Source of the DNA: Lama guanicoe
Taxonomy: Eukaryota
Direction of reading: 5' to 3'
Length of the DNA: 64,000 bases
Assembly (NCBI GenBank): GCA_013239625.1
Contig: MU054212.1
Span: 7,476,270 to 7,540,269, forward strand
The position numbers and the translations under genes were made by a program. The notes under the pieces are model-generated. The model was not told the DNA's origin and made no database searches. It saw nothing but the letters and a program-made list of their open reading frames with translations. Positions 12,201 to 24,006 of the stretch are shown here, in pieces. Position 1 is the stretch's first letter. Every line of letters starts with the position of its first letter.

Positions 12201-12639
12201 CATTTAACATTAAAAATGTCTTTTTAAATATAAGCCTCCAATATAAGTGTTAAACAAAAACTTCCAATTCGTAAAAATGAAGTCCCCATTTACTTTCTCA
12301 CTCATTACAGAAAGTCACAACGTGACTTGGGATCATCGCAGACTAATGAGACTTCCATTGAGAAGTTGTTGTTGTTTATATAATAGTTCCTTCAGAGGCA
12401 ATTCTACAGCCCCCACTGTCCCTGGTTGGGTACTGTGCCTGTACGGGAACTCAGGAGCATCTGATGGCTTAGATAATTCTGACCGAAAGCCAACTGCCCC
12501 AAGTAATATTAGCCGTGTTGAATTGTTTCAGCATTCTAGAGGCATGTCTGATGAGAAGGCTAACACCAGGAATACTATTTTAAATGAACATAAAAATGAA
12601 TGTCCCAGGTTAACTGTGGTTTTAAAAAGTTTGTTTTAA

Positions 12640-12960
12640 GTGGGGAGGGAAGAACGGGGGGAGCAGAGAGGATTTTTAAGGACAGTGAAAACACTCTTAC
12701 GATACCATAATGATGAATGGGTTATCACTATATATTTGTTCAAACCCATGGACTATATACAACACCACGAGTGAAAATGTGGACTTTGAATGATTATGAT
12801 GCATTAATACACGCTCATCAATGGTAACAAATATACTAACAATGATGGGATATTAACAATGGGGGGGACATGCACTTGTGGAACAAGGGGTATATGGGAA
12901 GTTTCTGTACATTCCTCCTAGTTTTACTGTGAACTTAAAATGCTCTGAAACATTGTCTTA
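12640..12960 (+). mobile_element. L1MC1/2-type 3' UTR fragment
   Basis: gagcagagaggatttttaaggacagtgaaaacactct...ggtatatgggaagtttctgtac...gttttactgtgaacttaaaatgctct. Confidence 0.8.
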
Positions 12961-13153
12961 AAGATAATTGTCTTAAAGACCAAAATGAAATCAATTTAAA
13001 AAACTTAATTTTCCTTATATTAAGTTTGGTCATTTGAGAATCATGAGACCGCATAACCCCCCAAATATCTCCTTTACCAGCCCTCTGTGATGCTGTCTGC
13101 TGTGATTCAGTCACCAGATTGGAAATTTACTTCATTTGAGTCACGGTCCTTTC

Positions 13154-14337
13154 GTTTTTAATTGAAATACATCTGACATGTAACACTGTATAAATTTAAG
13201 GTGCACAGCATATTAATGTGACACATTTATATATTTCTACTTTGAAGGCCATCATAGTGATGACTAGCACCTCTATCATGTCGTATAATTATAATTTCTT
13301 TTTAGTGGAGGAAATAATTAAGATCTAGTCTCTTAGCAAGTTTGATGATTATAATACAATATTGTTGCTTATAGTCACTACACTTTGCATAGATCTTAAG
13401 GAGTTATTTACTACCTGTTGCAAATCTGTACACTTAAACATCTGTCCCATCTCCCCACCTCCATCCCCTGGTAACCACCATTTTCCTGTCTTTACAAGCT
13501 TGTATTTTTTTAATTCCACATATAAGTGATATCATGCAGTATTTGTCTTTTCTGTCTGACTTATTTCAGTTAGCATATGTCCTCTCAATCTATCCATGTT
13601 GTTGCAAATGGCAAGGTCTCCTTTCTCATTGCTGAATAATATTTCACTGTGTGTGTGTGTCTATATAGATCCCCACATTCTATTTATCTATTCGTCCCCT
13701 GATGGGCACTTAGGCTGTTTCCATATCTTCGTTATTGTGAATAACGCTGTAATGAACACAGAAGTGCACACATCTCTTTGATATCCTTTTTTGTTCCCTT
13801 TTGGTATACACCCAGAGGTAGAACTACTGGATCGTATGATAGACCTTTTTTTTTTAAATTTTCCATATTGTTTGCTATAGTGGCTGAACCAATTTACACT
13901 CCATCAAGTGTATAAAGATTCCCTTTTCTCACATCCTCACCAACCCTTGTTATCTTCTGTCTTCTTGATCATGGATGCTCTACTAGTTGTGAGGTGATAT
14001 CTCACTGTGGTTTTGATTTGTATTTCCCTGATGATTAATAATGTTGAACATCTTTTCATGAACCTGTTGGCCACTTGGTTAACTTATTTGGAAAAAAATT
14101 CTATTTAGTTCCTCTGCCCATTTTTAAATTAGATTAGGCTCTTTCCTTTTTCTACTACTGAATTGTATGAACTCTTCATATATTTTGGATATTAATTAAC
14201 CCTTTTGGATATATGGTTAGCAAAATTTTTCTCCCATTTTGTAGGCCGTCTTTTCATTTTGTTGTCTCTTTTGCTGTGCAGAAGCTTTTGAGTTTGTTGA
14301 TTTTTGCTTTTGTTGTTTGTGCTTTTGGTGTCATATA
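13154..14337 (-). mobile_element. 5'-truncated L1 (L1MA-type) 3' end with degenerate TSD
   Basis: Antisense L1 ORF2 end and 3' UTR (tccatgttgttgcaaatggcaagg...gatgggcacttaggctgtttccatatct...). It is flanked by catttgagtcacggt (13133-13147) and catttgagttacagt (14338-14352), which are 13/15 identical. Confidence 0.88.
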
Positions 14338-15149
14338 CATTTGAGTTACAGTGTTTTGTGAAATTTTCAAATAAGAACCTCTGGCCCAGAAAGGTAAGAC
14401 TGCATATATATTACCTGGAATAGGACATACCCATATTCCACGTTAAGGTCAGAGTCAGCTGCATAGAGGGGAGTTCAAGGAGACTCAGGAGGCAATATGA
14501 GGAAACTGCTGTTCTAAGAAAGTGGGTGGGGTAAGATCAAGACAGTACATTTCCATATCACTGCATCTTTTTGCTTCAACAAACATTTTGTAGGGAGCAA
14601 GCCTCATGTGTGTAAATTACTTTAGTATGTGACCACACAATCCATCACCCACCACCTTGTCCTCATTCTTTGTGGATCACTCCTTCTAAAAATTGAAAAA
14701 AGATTTTTTTTCCCCTGGTTGAGATGATCAAGATAGGTGTCATGAAGGAAGGTGACATTTGAATTGGACAGATTCCAACAGGATCAGGAAAGATTTTAAC
14801 AAGCAGAAACTGTAAGATAGCTTAGTATCTATTTCTATGAGTACATGCTATAAATTCACAGAAATAGGTCCTAGAATAAATGCCTATAAAATGCCTCTGG
14901 GAATACATTACACATTTGAGATTCCTGGAAAATAGGTATAACTAAAAGGAAATGAGAAAGGAAAAAGAGGCAAATCAAATAAAAAACAGTATATCCTAGT
15001 TGAAATAACTGAATATGCTTCTTTAAATGTTCAATCTCAGTAAATAACAAGTAGGCTATTAAAAATGGATATTCAATGCCCCAAATAAATATTTATGAAT
15101 GGAGAACACTTTTGCAAGATTCAGTTAATCCCCAAATTCTGGACTAAGT

Positions 15150-15330
15150 AACAGCCACCACAGCAATTCCACTTACTGTGCACACTTATCTGAGAAGTGC
15201 ACACAGTCTTATTTAATCTTCACAATTACCTACAGGTTATGTATTATTATCCCCATTTCACTGTTGAAGTATCCAGACTTTAAAAAGTACAGACTTTCCC
15301 AAAGCCACAGGGTTGGTAAGTATCACTTCC
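15150..15330 (-). mobile_element. MIR SINE
   Basis: ttatttaatcttcacaattacc...tattattatccccatttcactgttgaag...cccaaagccacag is the MIR core. Confidence 0.75.
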
Positions 15331-15439
15331 TGATCAGGGAATAACAGCGAACCATAAAGGAGCAGCCAGGGGTTTCAGCATGAAGTCAAATCTGCTTCTG
15401 CTCATTTTCAGACCTGACCTCGTGTTCTCAGCTTATATT

Positions 15440-15667
15440 GTAGTGGTTTTAATGTGAGCCAAATGATTTGGGGTTTAAATCCAAATTATAGAAATTCTTA
15501 GCCATATTTATAACTTCTTTGCATCTTAGTTTTCCCATGCATAAAATATGGGAATAATGACCAAGCCTAATGCCACTGTGTTATTATAAGGGTTACATGA
15601 GTTAGTTTTTAGAAGAATGCCTGGAAAATAGTAAGAACTCAATGGATGTTACCGTTCATTATTATTC
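15440..15667 (+). mobile_element. MIR SINE
   Basis: ggtttaaatcc...cttagttttcccatgcataaaatatgggaataatga...atgcctggaaaatagtaagaactcaatggatgttac. Confidence 0.75.
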
Positions 15668-17479
15668 TTTGGGAGCAAGTTTATGACTTAATTCTCTTCT
15701 TTTTAACTCTGTCATCTGAGTTATCCTTTTGGCTCCCTTTTGGCCCCCGTTAACTCCAAGATACCCATTTCGAAAATGTTTTTTTAAAATACTAATAATC
15801 AGGCTAGAGATAGGTACTGCTAGGGGTCTACTTCAAGACTCATCGAATATTTAATACTAGTGAAAAATCATAAAGTATTACATTGAGACAAATTAGAATG
15901 TACTACTTTCTGTCTCTGGCATTGATTTTTTTTCCCTTTTATTCTTTCCCCAAATATGGGTCAATATCAAGTGTTTCAAGGAGTGCTGTTAATACCAATT
16001 ATCGTGAGACGTGTATAAATCACTCCGGGTTATTTCAACTACATTTCTTTCTCTTAGGGTTCCTCTACCGTTCTCAAGACACCTACAGAGACCAAATTAC
16101 ATTTTTAACCATTTGATATTATTCCAAATGATAGAACATAAAAGCAAAGCAGACAAGCACACATACAAAGATACAAACATAAAAGAAAAGAAAACAAAAT
16201 ACCCTCCAGAAACCTCAAAAAACACTGAGTCAAAAACATACAAAATAAAACTCCTATTTCTTTTTGAGCTATTGATGAACCATCAAAGACAAAGATAACA
16301 ACTAGTCAATTTTCTTTGTTTTGTATTTTGGTCAAAGACACAACCTATCACGCTAACCAGATTATTTATGAATGTCTGGTATTGATGGCTGGAGGGCCAG
16401 GTGAGATTCTGTACTGACCCAACAGAACTCTTACATGTTTAGAAAAGAACTCAACACAAATATTTTGCTGCATATGGGGAATCAAAGTCAACTTCGTTTT
16501 GCAAATCTCAGGACATAAATTATGGAAGTCCATCACTGTCTCTATTCTCTTAAGATAACAAATGTGAAATGAACTAACGTGGGCTAGAACACACATAGTA
16601 AACACTCAAAGATGATGGTCCTACATTCCCTTTTCCTGTAATAACACATAAAGAATGTAAGCATATGTAATGGTAAAGCATGACAGCATAAGAATTCAAA
16701 AGAACACTAATTTGGGTGGTAGGAGTAACTTGGGTTGGTCTCAATTTCTACATCTGCAAAATGAAGTGGTTTTTGATTTTTTAAATTATATTATTCTATA
16801 CTGTAGTTTATTTTTTCACAGTCCCTGAGCAAGGCAAGCATTTTTTTCACAAAAGCATTATACACATTTACTCTTAGATTGCAAATAGTGTAGATCCTAC
16901 AAAACCAGTCATATCATACAATACCATTCTTGTGTATCTTTTGATTTAAAAAATCAACTAAGAATAGAAGGAAAAATATATCCAATAAAGAGCAGAACTG
17001 AAGTCCATGCAACTTGTAAGAATAAAGTACACTATATGTGTTTCATACACATTCTCCATGTATACAATACATATGTGAATATATGTGTGTATGTACATGC
17101 ATGTGTAGCTATGTATTATATGAATGCTTTTTAAATTGGTAGTAAATAAAATATAAGCTTAAAATTTACCCTGGGGCTTTGTAAAAGCTCGCTCTAACTC
17201 AGCTACCCATTTGTTTACGTGTATGCACTAAAAACTACATGGATATTTCTCAGGCTTGCTTAGTTTCCATAGTGGCATCTGGTATATTCTTTTCATTTTG
17301 TCAAACAATTCATATAGAAGAGCAAAAAAAAAATTTTATAAGAAATGCCACTGCAAGTATTTGCCATTTATCAAGTAACTATCTGCAGTTGTACCGGATC
17401 TCTGCCTCTCTGAATTGTGTGCCTGTCGTGGTCACCATATGGTCCTTAGACATGACTGGTCTCAGTCAGCATCAGCCAG

Positions 17480-17705
17480 CGTGGGTGGAGTGAAAAGTAC
17501 ACGGGCTACAGATAATCAGGGTTCAATACCAGGCTCTATCATTTAAGTAACTGTATGGTTAATGTCAGTTAAACGGCTTCACCTCCACCAGATTTTATGT
17601 CCCTATGTTTAAACGAGGCTGGTAATTCCACAGGCTCTCCTTAACACACTGAGCTGGTTTGAGTTATGAGGATGAGAGCATTACCCAAGTGCTCATCATT
17701 ATTAC
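17480..17705 (+). mobile_element. MIR SINE
   Basis: ggagtgaaaagtacacgggct...gggttcaataccaggctctatcattta.gtaactgtatg. Confidence 0.6.
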
Positions 17706-17739
17706 AGTTGATACAGCATCCCAATGCCATCATCCCTTT

Positions 17740-18390
17740 ATCCTGGGGCTGTTAGTTTCTTTCGCGTCAATTTTGTCCATTTAACATGCTAAATATTTCT
17801 TAAATCTCTGTTTTCCTCTCCGTCCCTACTACCACCTCACTAAGGCAGGACCCTCGCCCTCTGTTGACAGCCTCCTCCCTTTTTATGCCACTTAAAGCCA
17901 TCTTGTAACAAAGATGCCGCAATGCTGGATTCCGAAACATGATCCGACCACGCTAGTTTCCTACGCTACATCCTAAAGTGATTCCCTGTCAGCTATAGAG
18001 TGAAGTTCAAGCTTTAACAGGTCATTCACAGCCTACCCCAGTCCAACACCTGAACTGCCTCTTCAGACTTCTCTCTCACCACTTCCATCCTCAATATTTC
18101 TAGGCACTACCTTAATGCTCTGCTCAGTAGGAGTTCCCTATTCCTCTTCACCTGAGGGCTATCTCCTACTTACCCGTTAAGAACTAACTTGGGAACTTTC
18201 CCAGGCATGGTTAATGGACCTAGAAGGCACACTCACATACAAACTAATTTCCATATTATAATACACTTATTTATTCATGTGTCTGTCTTTCCAGCTAAAA
18301 TGTGAGTTCTTAATGACAGAGATCCTTTTTTTCCCCCTTGTCCTTCCAGCACCCAGGATAGTGTCTAGCACATACTAGGCACATTTATCC
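17740..18390 (+). mobile_element. L2 fragment
   Basis: A pyrimidine-rich body ends tgtgagttcttaatgacagagat...ccagcacccaggatagtgtctagcacatactaggcac. Confidence 0.65.
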
Positions 18391-18546
18391 AAAACACACA
18401 ACTGTTTCTACTCTGAACACCATCTGGGCCAAAAGTCCCTCTATAACACCAAGAAGCCGGAAATTGAAAATCATCACATTAAAACAATAATCAGCTAGAA
18501 TATCCACGTAACAAAGACCAAAAGAATACTGTTCCAAAAGTTAATC

Positions 18547-18608
18547 CATTGCTCCTGTGTTTTATTTTATTTTATTTATTTATTTTTTAACATTGCTCCT
18601 GTGTTTTA
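18547..18608 (-). mobile_element. Tail-only retrotransposon insertion with 18-bp TSD
   Basis: cattgctcctgtgtttta at 18547-18564 and again at 18591-18608 flanks a 26-nt T-rich filler. Confidence 0.7.
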
Positions 18609-19999
18609 ACAGGCAAACTCATTACACCTAAATATTTCAGAGATAGTTTGAAAAATGAACTGCTTCCATTCAGCATATCTACATAAAATCACATAGCAAT
18701 TACTCATGGTAATTATGAGAAATATTTTATACACTTTAATTTGAATGGTAATAACCATGTTCGTAAAAAATCTAAAGGAAAGATTGAAAATAATGTCACA
18801 TGGGCCACACTGAGGGGAAAAAAATATTTTTAACTAAAGTGAAGATTGAAGGATCTTGGGAACTGAGCCAAAAACTAAATATGCAGCAACTACAGTGACA
18901 CATTAACCCTCAAACAGTAATTACCTTCCTACCACAGTTACTACTTGGAATATTATGCTTTTGGGAGATTGACTCAGAATATTTTACCAGATTCAGTAAA
19001 ATGTAGCTGGGTCACAAATACTAGGAGAAAAAGAGAAAACCAAAAAAAAAAAATCAATGATACAGTGTTTTTATTTTGTGCCTCCATTAGAGTTCTAGTT
19101 TTGATGCTGTTCTCATTTGTTAATAATATTAAACATATCTCTAACCCAGATTTGTGTCTTCTTGGCCTTTCTTTTTTACATTACTAGTCCCTTAATTAAC
19201 TTCTTTGTGAGTCTTAATTTCTGAGCCCTTAACCAACATTTCTACTTTCTTCTGAGTTCTGATGTCACTATGTCACTAGTTGTCCTCTAAAAATGTGGCC
19301 ATCTACAAGAAGAAAAAACATCACCTGAACTCTTTTAACGCAATATATCTGTTCTTTAGATTGGCTAATGATTCCCTGCTGGTCTAGTAAGTGAATTTGC
19401 ATAATAATAAGCAATTTGCAAATGGCATATACAGTTCAGCTCTTCTTTTTCAGCCTTTCTGTTCACTGTTAAGTTTTTAAAATGCTTTATAATCATTTTC
19501 GTTTGATAATCATTCATGATAAAATGGTGAAATAGGTCAATATTAAACTCACTGGAATCTAGGCTTCTCAGAGATACTATATAATTAAGCTTTTATATTC
19601 CTTCAAGGTAGAGCAGAAGCTAGCCTCAAAAATACTGAAGACATTAGTAATAGTGTCACTTCATAAATTTGCACAGAACAGATGAGTTTGCTAAATCTTG
19701 AGTATGAAGCTCCCCCGATAGCCTTGTCCACTCTGCATCTGGATTTGGATTGCAAGAAGAATTCTTGAAACAAAATTCCAGACCACAGTCTCCTTCACAA
19801 TTAAAATGATTCTGCTTTCCTGCCCAGCCTTCACAACTAACTTCAATCCAGTTTCCCACTAATTCTGCTAATTAGCATTAACTCGCCTAAACATCCTCCA
19901 AGTTTAGACCTATGTCACTCCACCTAAGGATGCTCCGTTCCACCACTTACACCATTCTGAAATGCTCTCTGTATTAGCTTCTAAAATACCTCCTTTTCT

Positions 20000-21372
20000 T
20001 ACGTGGCTGCCTTCCTTTTCTTTTGGGGTTCTTTCTCCCCTGCAAACTCCTTTTATGCCACTTGCTCTGATGGGTTATATTCTGCAGGATGGTATATTTT
20101 GACCTTGTCTGCTCTCAATCTATGCAATTCGGAGATGATCTTATCAACCACGACTGCTTCAAGCAGCACTTCTCTGAAGCCTTTCACACGTCCATCTCTC
20201 CCACCTGGATGCTTCTTCTAAGCTGACACGTAAGTCCCCACTGCCTATTAAACATCTCCACTGGATACTGCATGAGTTCCATAAACTTTACATGCCAAAC
20301 CTGCTTCCTTCAAATGCTTCTCATCCTGAATCTTGGTAAATATAATCACCATCCACTTAGGCAACTGAGCCCCGAGTCCTGGAGTCATTCTAAAAAGTTC
20401 TTTGCTTCACTTCCCACATTCAATAAAATTCTATTTCTCCAAAATATCTGAGAAACTACCACGTACCAGATATTAAGCCAGGTGCTAGACATACTGCAGT
20501 AAGCAGGAGAGACATCATTCTTATAGAATTTACATCATATATATAATATATATTCCTACATATACATACATATATAAAATGGGATATGTAGATGTAAAGA
20601 GGACATTCAGATTGCAATCTACATGAAAGACATTCCAAGGAGTGTGGCAGTGCACAATCTGTGTACCTGTACATGGTAGTCCTGTAAATACGGTGTCAAA
20701 AGAACAGAAGTATCCACGTTCATTATTTAGTTTATTAAACTGTATCTTGCATTATTTTTTTTCCTGGATTGACACAATAGCTGTCTACAAATTTTGTCTT
20801 TTTTGCCCCTAGTCCTTATCCTATTCATCTACTACAATGTTGCCAGAATAATCTGTCTAAAATTCCAAACTGATCACAACCTTATCATGCTGAACTCTAC
20901 CTACAGGATACAAGCCGAAGTCCTTAAACTGACCGACAAAGCCTTCATGATAGAGTCTCCTTAGGCTCCACTCCTCCACACACGTTCTCCACCGTGGCCA
21001 TGCCACGCCCCTTGCGAATCTCCACACCTAGTGTACTCTCTTGCTGCTCAGGCCCCAAAACATGCTCGGCCATAAATAATCCTCCCTGTCTGCCCTTCAC
21101 ACTTATCCCTGGCATCAGTCTCTATAAAGTCGTCCTTTGAATCATCATGGTCCCATGGGTGCCCCACCTCTGCTCCCTCATTTCACTCTGCCATATGTCC
21201 ATCATATTACTTCTGGAATCAGATTATACATTTGCCTCTCTTTGCTGCTAGACTATAAAGTTTTGAGAGGCAGGGACTCTGCTTTGCTCATTTCCATATT
21301 TTGGCTTCCTCTAACAGTGCCTTGCACTGCAGGAGTTTCTCAATAAATATTTGGTGAATAGATTAATTGATG
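20000..21372 (+). mobile_element. L2 fragments (discontinuous)
   Basis: cactgcctattaaacatctccactggat...; the 3' end is ctagactataaagttttgagaggcagggact...ctaacagtgccttgcac...tcaataaatatttggtgaatagatt. Confidence 0.7.
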
Positions 21373-21699
21373 GCAAATAGGTTATCTTGCATAATGATAT
21401 CAGGTTCTTCCTCAAATACCATGTTATGAAGTCATACCTAGCTCGGAATGGACAGCGGTTCCCTAGCCTGGGAGGCCAATTCACCCTCCTTCTCTGAGCT
21501 CCAGGACTTTCACAGTGTCTAATAAGAGATTCCTTCTGAAAAATGGCAATCTTCCGTTTCCTTCAATGTGTAAGGCTCACTTCCTGAAGGAAGCCCTTTT
21601 TATTACTTCAATAGAAATAGTATATTCTTTCTTAGAACTCTTCATGTTTTAACATGATACTTGCCTATATTTTTGCTCAAAAACTCTTCTATGTACATG

Positions 21700-22198
21700 T
21701 GTAATAGGGAAGAACAAATCTGACTCCATATTGGATCTGTTTCTTTTACTTTAACCTTTGTATTCTACTGCTTTTGCTACAAGTTTAAAAAATGTTGCCT
21801 ATAGCCTGAAATGTACAGGAGAGCCCATTCTCAAGGCTCTGACCTTTAAGGGTATCACACTTTTCCATTCATATAGAGAGAAAAAGTTGCAGAACAGAGA
21901 ACAACATTTGTCTCGTTGGAGGTTTATAGGAACATGGTGACCTGACCTACGTGGACAGCTGCAAGAACAAAGGATTCCTGCACCAAGAAGTTGTAACAAC
22001 CAGCCACACCTCCTCCCCTTTTAGTATAAAAGGAGCCTGAATTCTAACTTGGGTAAGATAGTTCTTGGGGACACCAGTCCACCATTTTCTCAGTCTGGTG
22101 GCTTTCTGAATAAAGTCAGTATTCCTTGCCCCGACACCTTATCTCTCAATTTACTGGCCTGTCATGCAAGGAGCAAATTGAGCTTGGACTCAGTAACG
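21700..22198 (+). mobile_element. ERV1 solo LTR (MER41-like group), ~500 bp
   Basis: It starts TGTAATAGGG and has TATAAAA at 22025-22031 and AATAAA at 22109-22114. It ends gagcttggactcagtaac(g). The flanks catg/tatg are a probable degenerate 4-bp TSD. Confidence 0.85.
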
Positions 22199-24000
22199 TA
22201 TGTATTCCCTGCACCATGACTGTGCATCAGGGACCTTATGAATAAAGACTCTTCTCTCGTTGAGTTGTCTCTACTGCCTAGCCACTGCTGCAAGTATAAC
22301 TGGCATTTCATATACCCTGTTTGGAGACATTCCCTCTGGATTCTGGTCCTAACATGCTACCACAACTATTCTTACACATTGAACTATTTTTCCACTTCAT
22401 CTGACCTGGTTTCTCAGCAGCGTCCATCAAAGCTGACCACTCTCTGTCTTGAAAGGAGGACTTCGCTTAGCTTCCCCTTCCCTATGCCCTTCTGATTTTT
22501 CTTCCATCTCTCTGGCTAATTCTCAGTCAGCTGTGGAAGCTGTTCTTCCACCAAACCATTAAACATTCTTCCTCAGAGGCGTCTCCTCCTCCCTTGGGCC
22601 CATTTCTCATTTTACTCTTTACATGCAGCTCCAATAATCTGTGCTTTTGATAACCCCATTTTAATAGAGGTAGACAAGTAACTTCATTCTGTTTAATGTA
22701 CGCAAGAATGTGTTTTAATGAGCATTGCTCTTACAGTCAATCCTGAATAAGGGAGGAAAGAAGAGCAAACCACTGGAAAATTTTCAAAAAAGAATTTCAC
22801 AGATATATAGCATAAGAAGGACTTTCCATAATTACGTTTTATAAATACAGGGCTATGGGGGAGAGCCAGAAACTCAAGGGCTATTTTGTTCTGTAAAACG
22901 TAACACAGTGATGCAGATCATGTCAGTGAACAGAAAATCATCTGTGCTTGTTTGATCTAGCTTTAAACCACCAAAGAGAGCGCCATGCATTTATCACTGC
23001 AAAAGTTGTAACAGCCTCCCTGAGGCAGGAGAGCTTAAGTATCTGATAAAGTCTAGTGACTTGCTTAAGAGAGGATAAAACAACACACCCTCAGGCAAGC
23101 AAGAGGATTTAAATAGAGCCAATTTGGGAAGCACAGTGCTTTATAGCAAATTCGGAAATTAACCCAGATTAAGACATTTTGTTTTTCGGACCTATTTCAG
23201 AAGACCAACTCTACAACTCTAATTTAGAAGTAGGGGCAGGGGAGGAAGTCAAAATGTCTATTGCATAAAAATCTTCATGTGTTCCAAGGCGACTTTCAAA
23301 AATTAAAGTCATCAGCATGCATGATTTCAAAATAATAGAAATATAAGCTTATTTTTTTTAAGAATAAATCACTTGGGAATGGGGAAGATTGTAATTTATT
23401 CTAATATAAAGAACCTAGAAATTTAGATAATACATCTGAAACAGGCTTCTCTCTTTTGTATAATATAGTTTATGATAAATTAGTCATTCAAGTAGTTATT
23501 TAATCTCTACATTTCATCCACAAAACAGACACATTTCTTCTGTGTACATGAAGTCAACTACTGACCGAAGTCGCCAGGTCTCTAAAGCACGCCTGAGAAT
23601 TTAATTGAAATTTTAAGACCTACGGAATCTAGGAGAAACTAGATAGTAATCTTTGTATAGCTCAAAATTGTGTTCTGAGAGCTAAACTTTCACATCTGAG
23701 ATCAACAAACCCCAGGAGACAGATCCATACGATGATATAAGTGAGACACATGAAATCAAGTGATTCCCTATATGAAAGCCACCACTTAGCCTAGAAAGAT
23801 CCATTTCATTCAGTAACTCCTGAAATTTATTCTGTTTACGTAACATGGGGACATACTATCTAGTTACAAGTTTCTTGGTAATGTATTACTGGGGTTTGTT
23901 GAAAATATTAGTGACCATAATCCTCATCTCTTGTATAAATATCTATTTCTTCGTGACCTTCGTGACCAACTTCAAAATTCTCTGAAAATCGTAAACACGG

Positions 24001-24006
24001 CCTTAC
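24001..24006 (-). promoter_or_regulatory. NOL4: 5' splice donor of the NOL4 exon (AAG|GTAAGG)
   Basis: Plus-strand ccttac is GTAAGG on the minus strand, directly after the Lys codon where NOL4 homology stops. Confidence 0.92.

Larger units (their letters stand above)
1..24006 (-). other. NOL4: NOL4 intron downstream of the exon (partial; the next exon is outside the window)
   Basis: I saw no frame resembling the following NOL4 sequence (SPAHSYSSYDSGKNESV...). The region is repeat-rich, as expected for a large intron. Confidence 0.75.
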
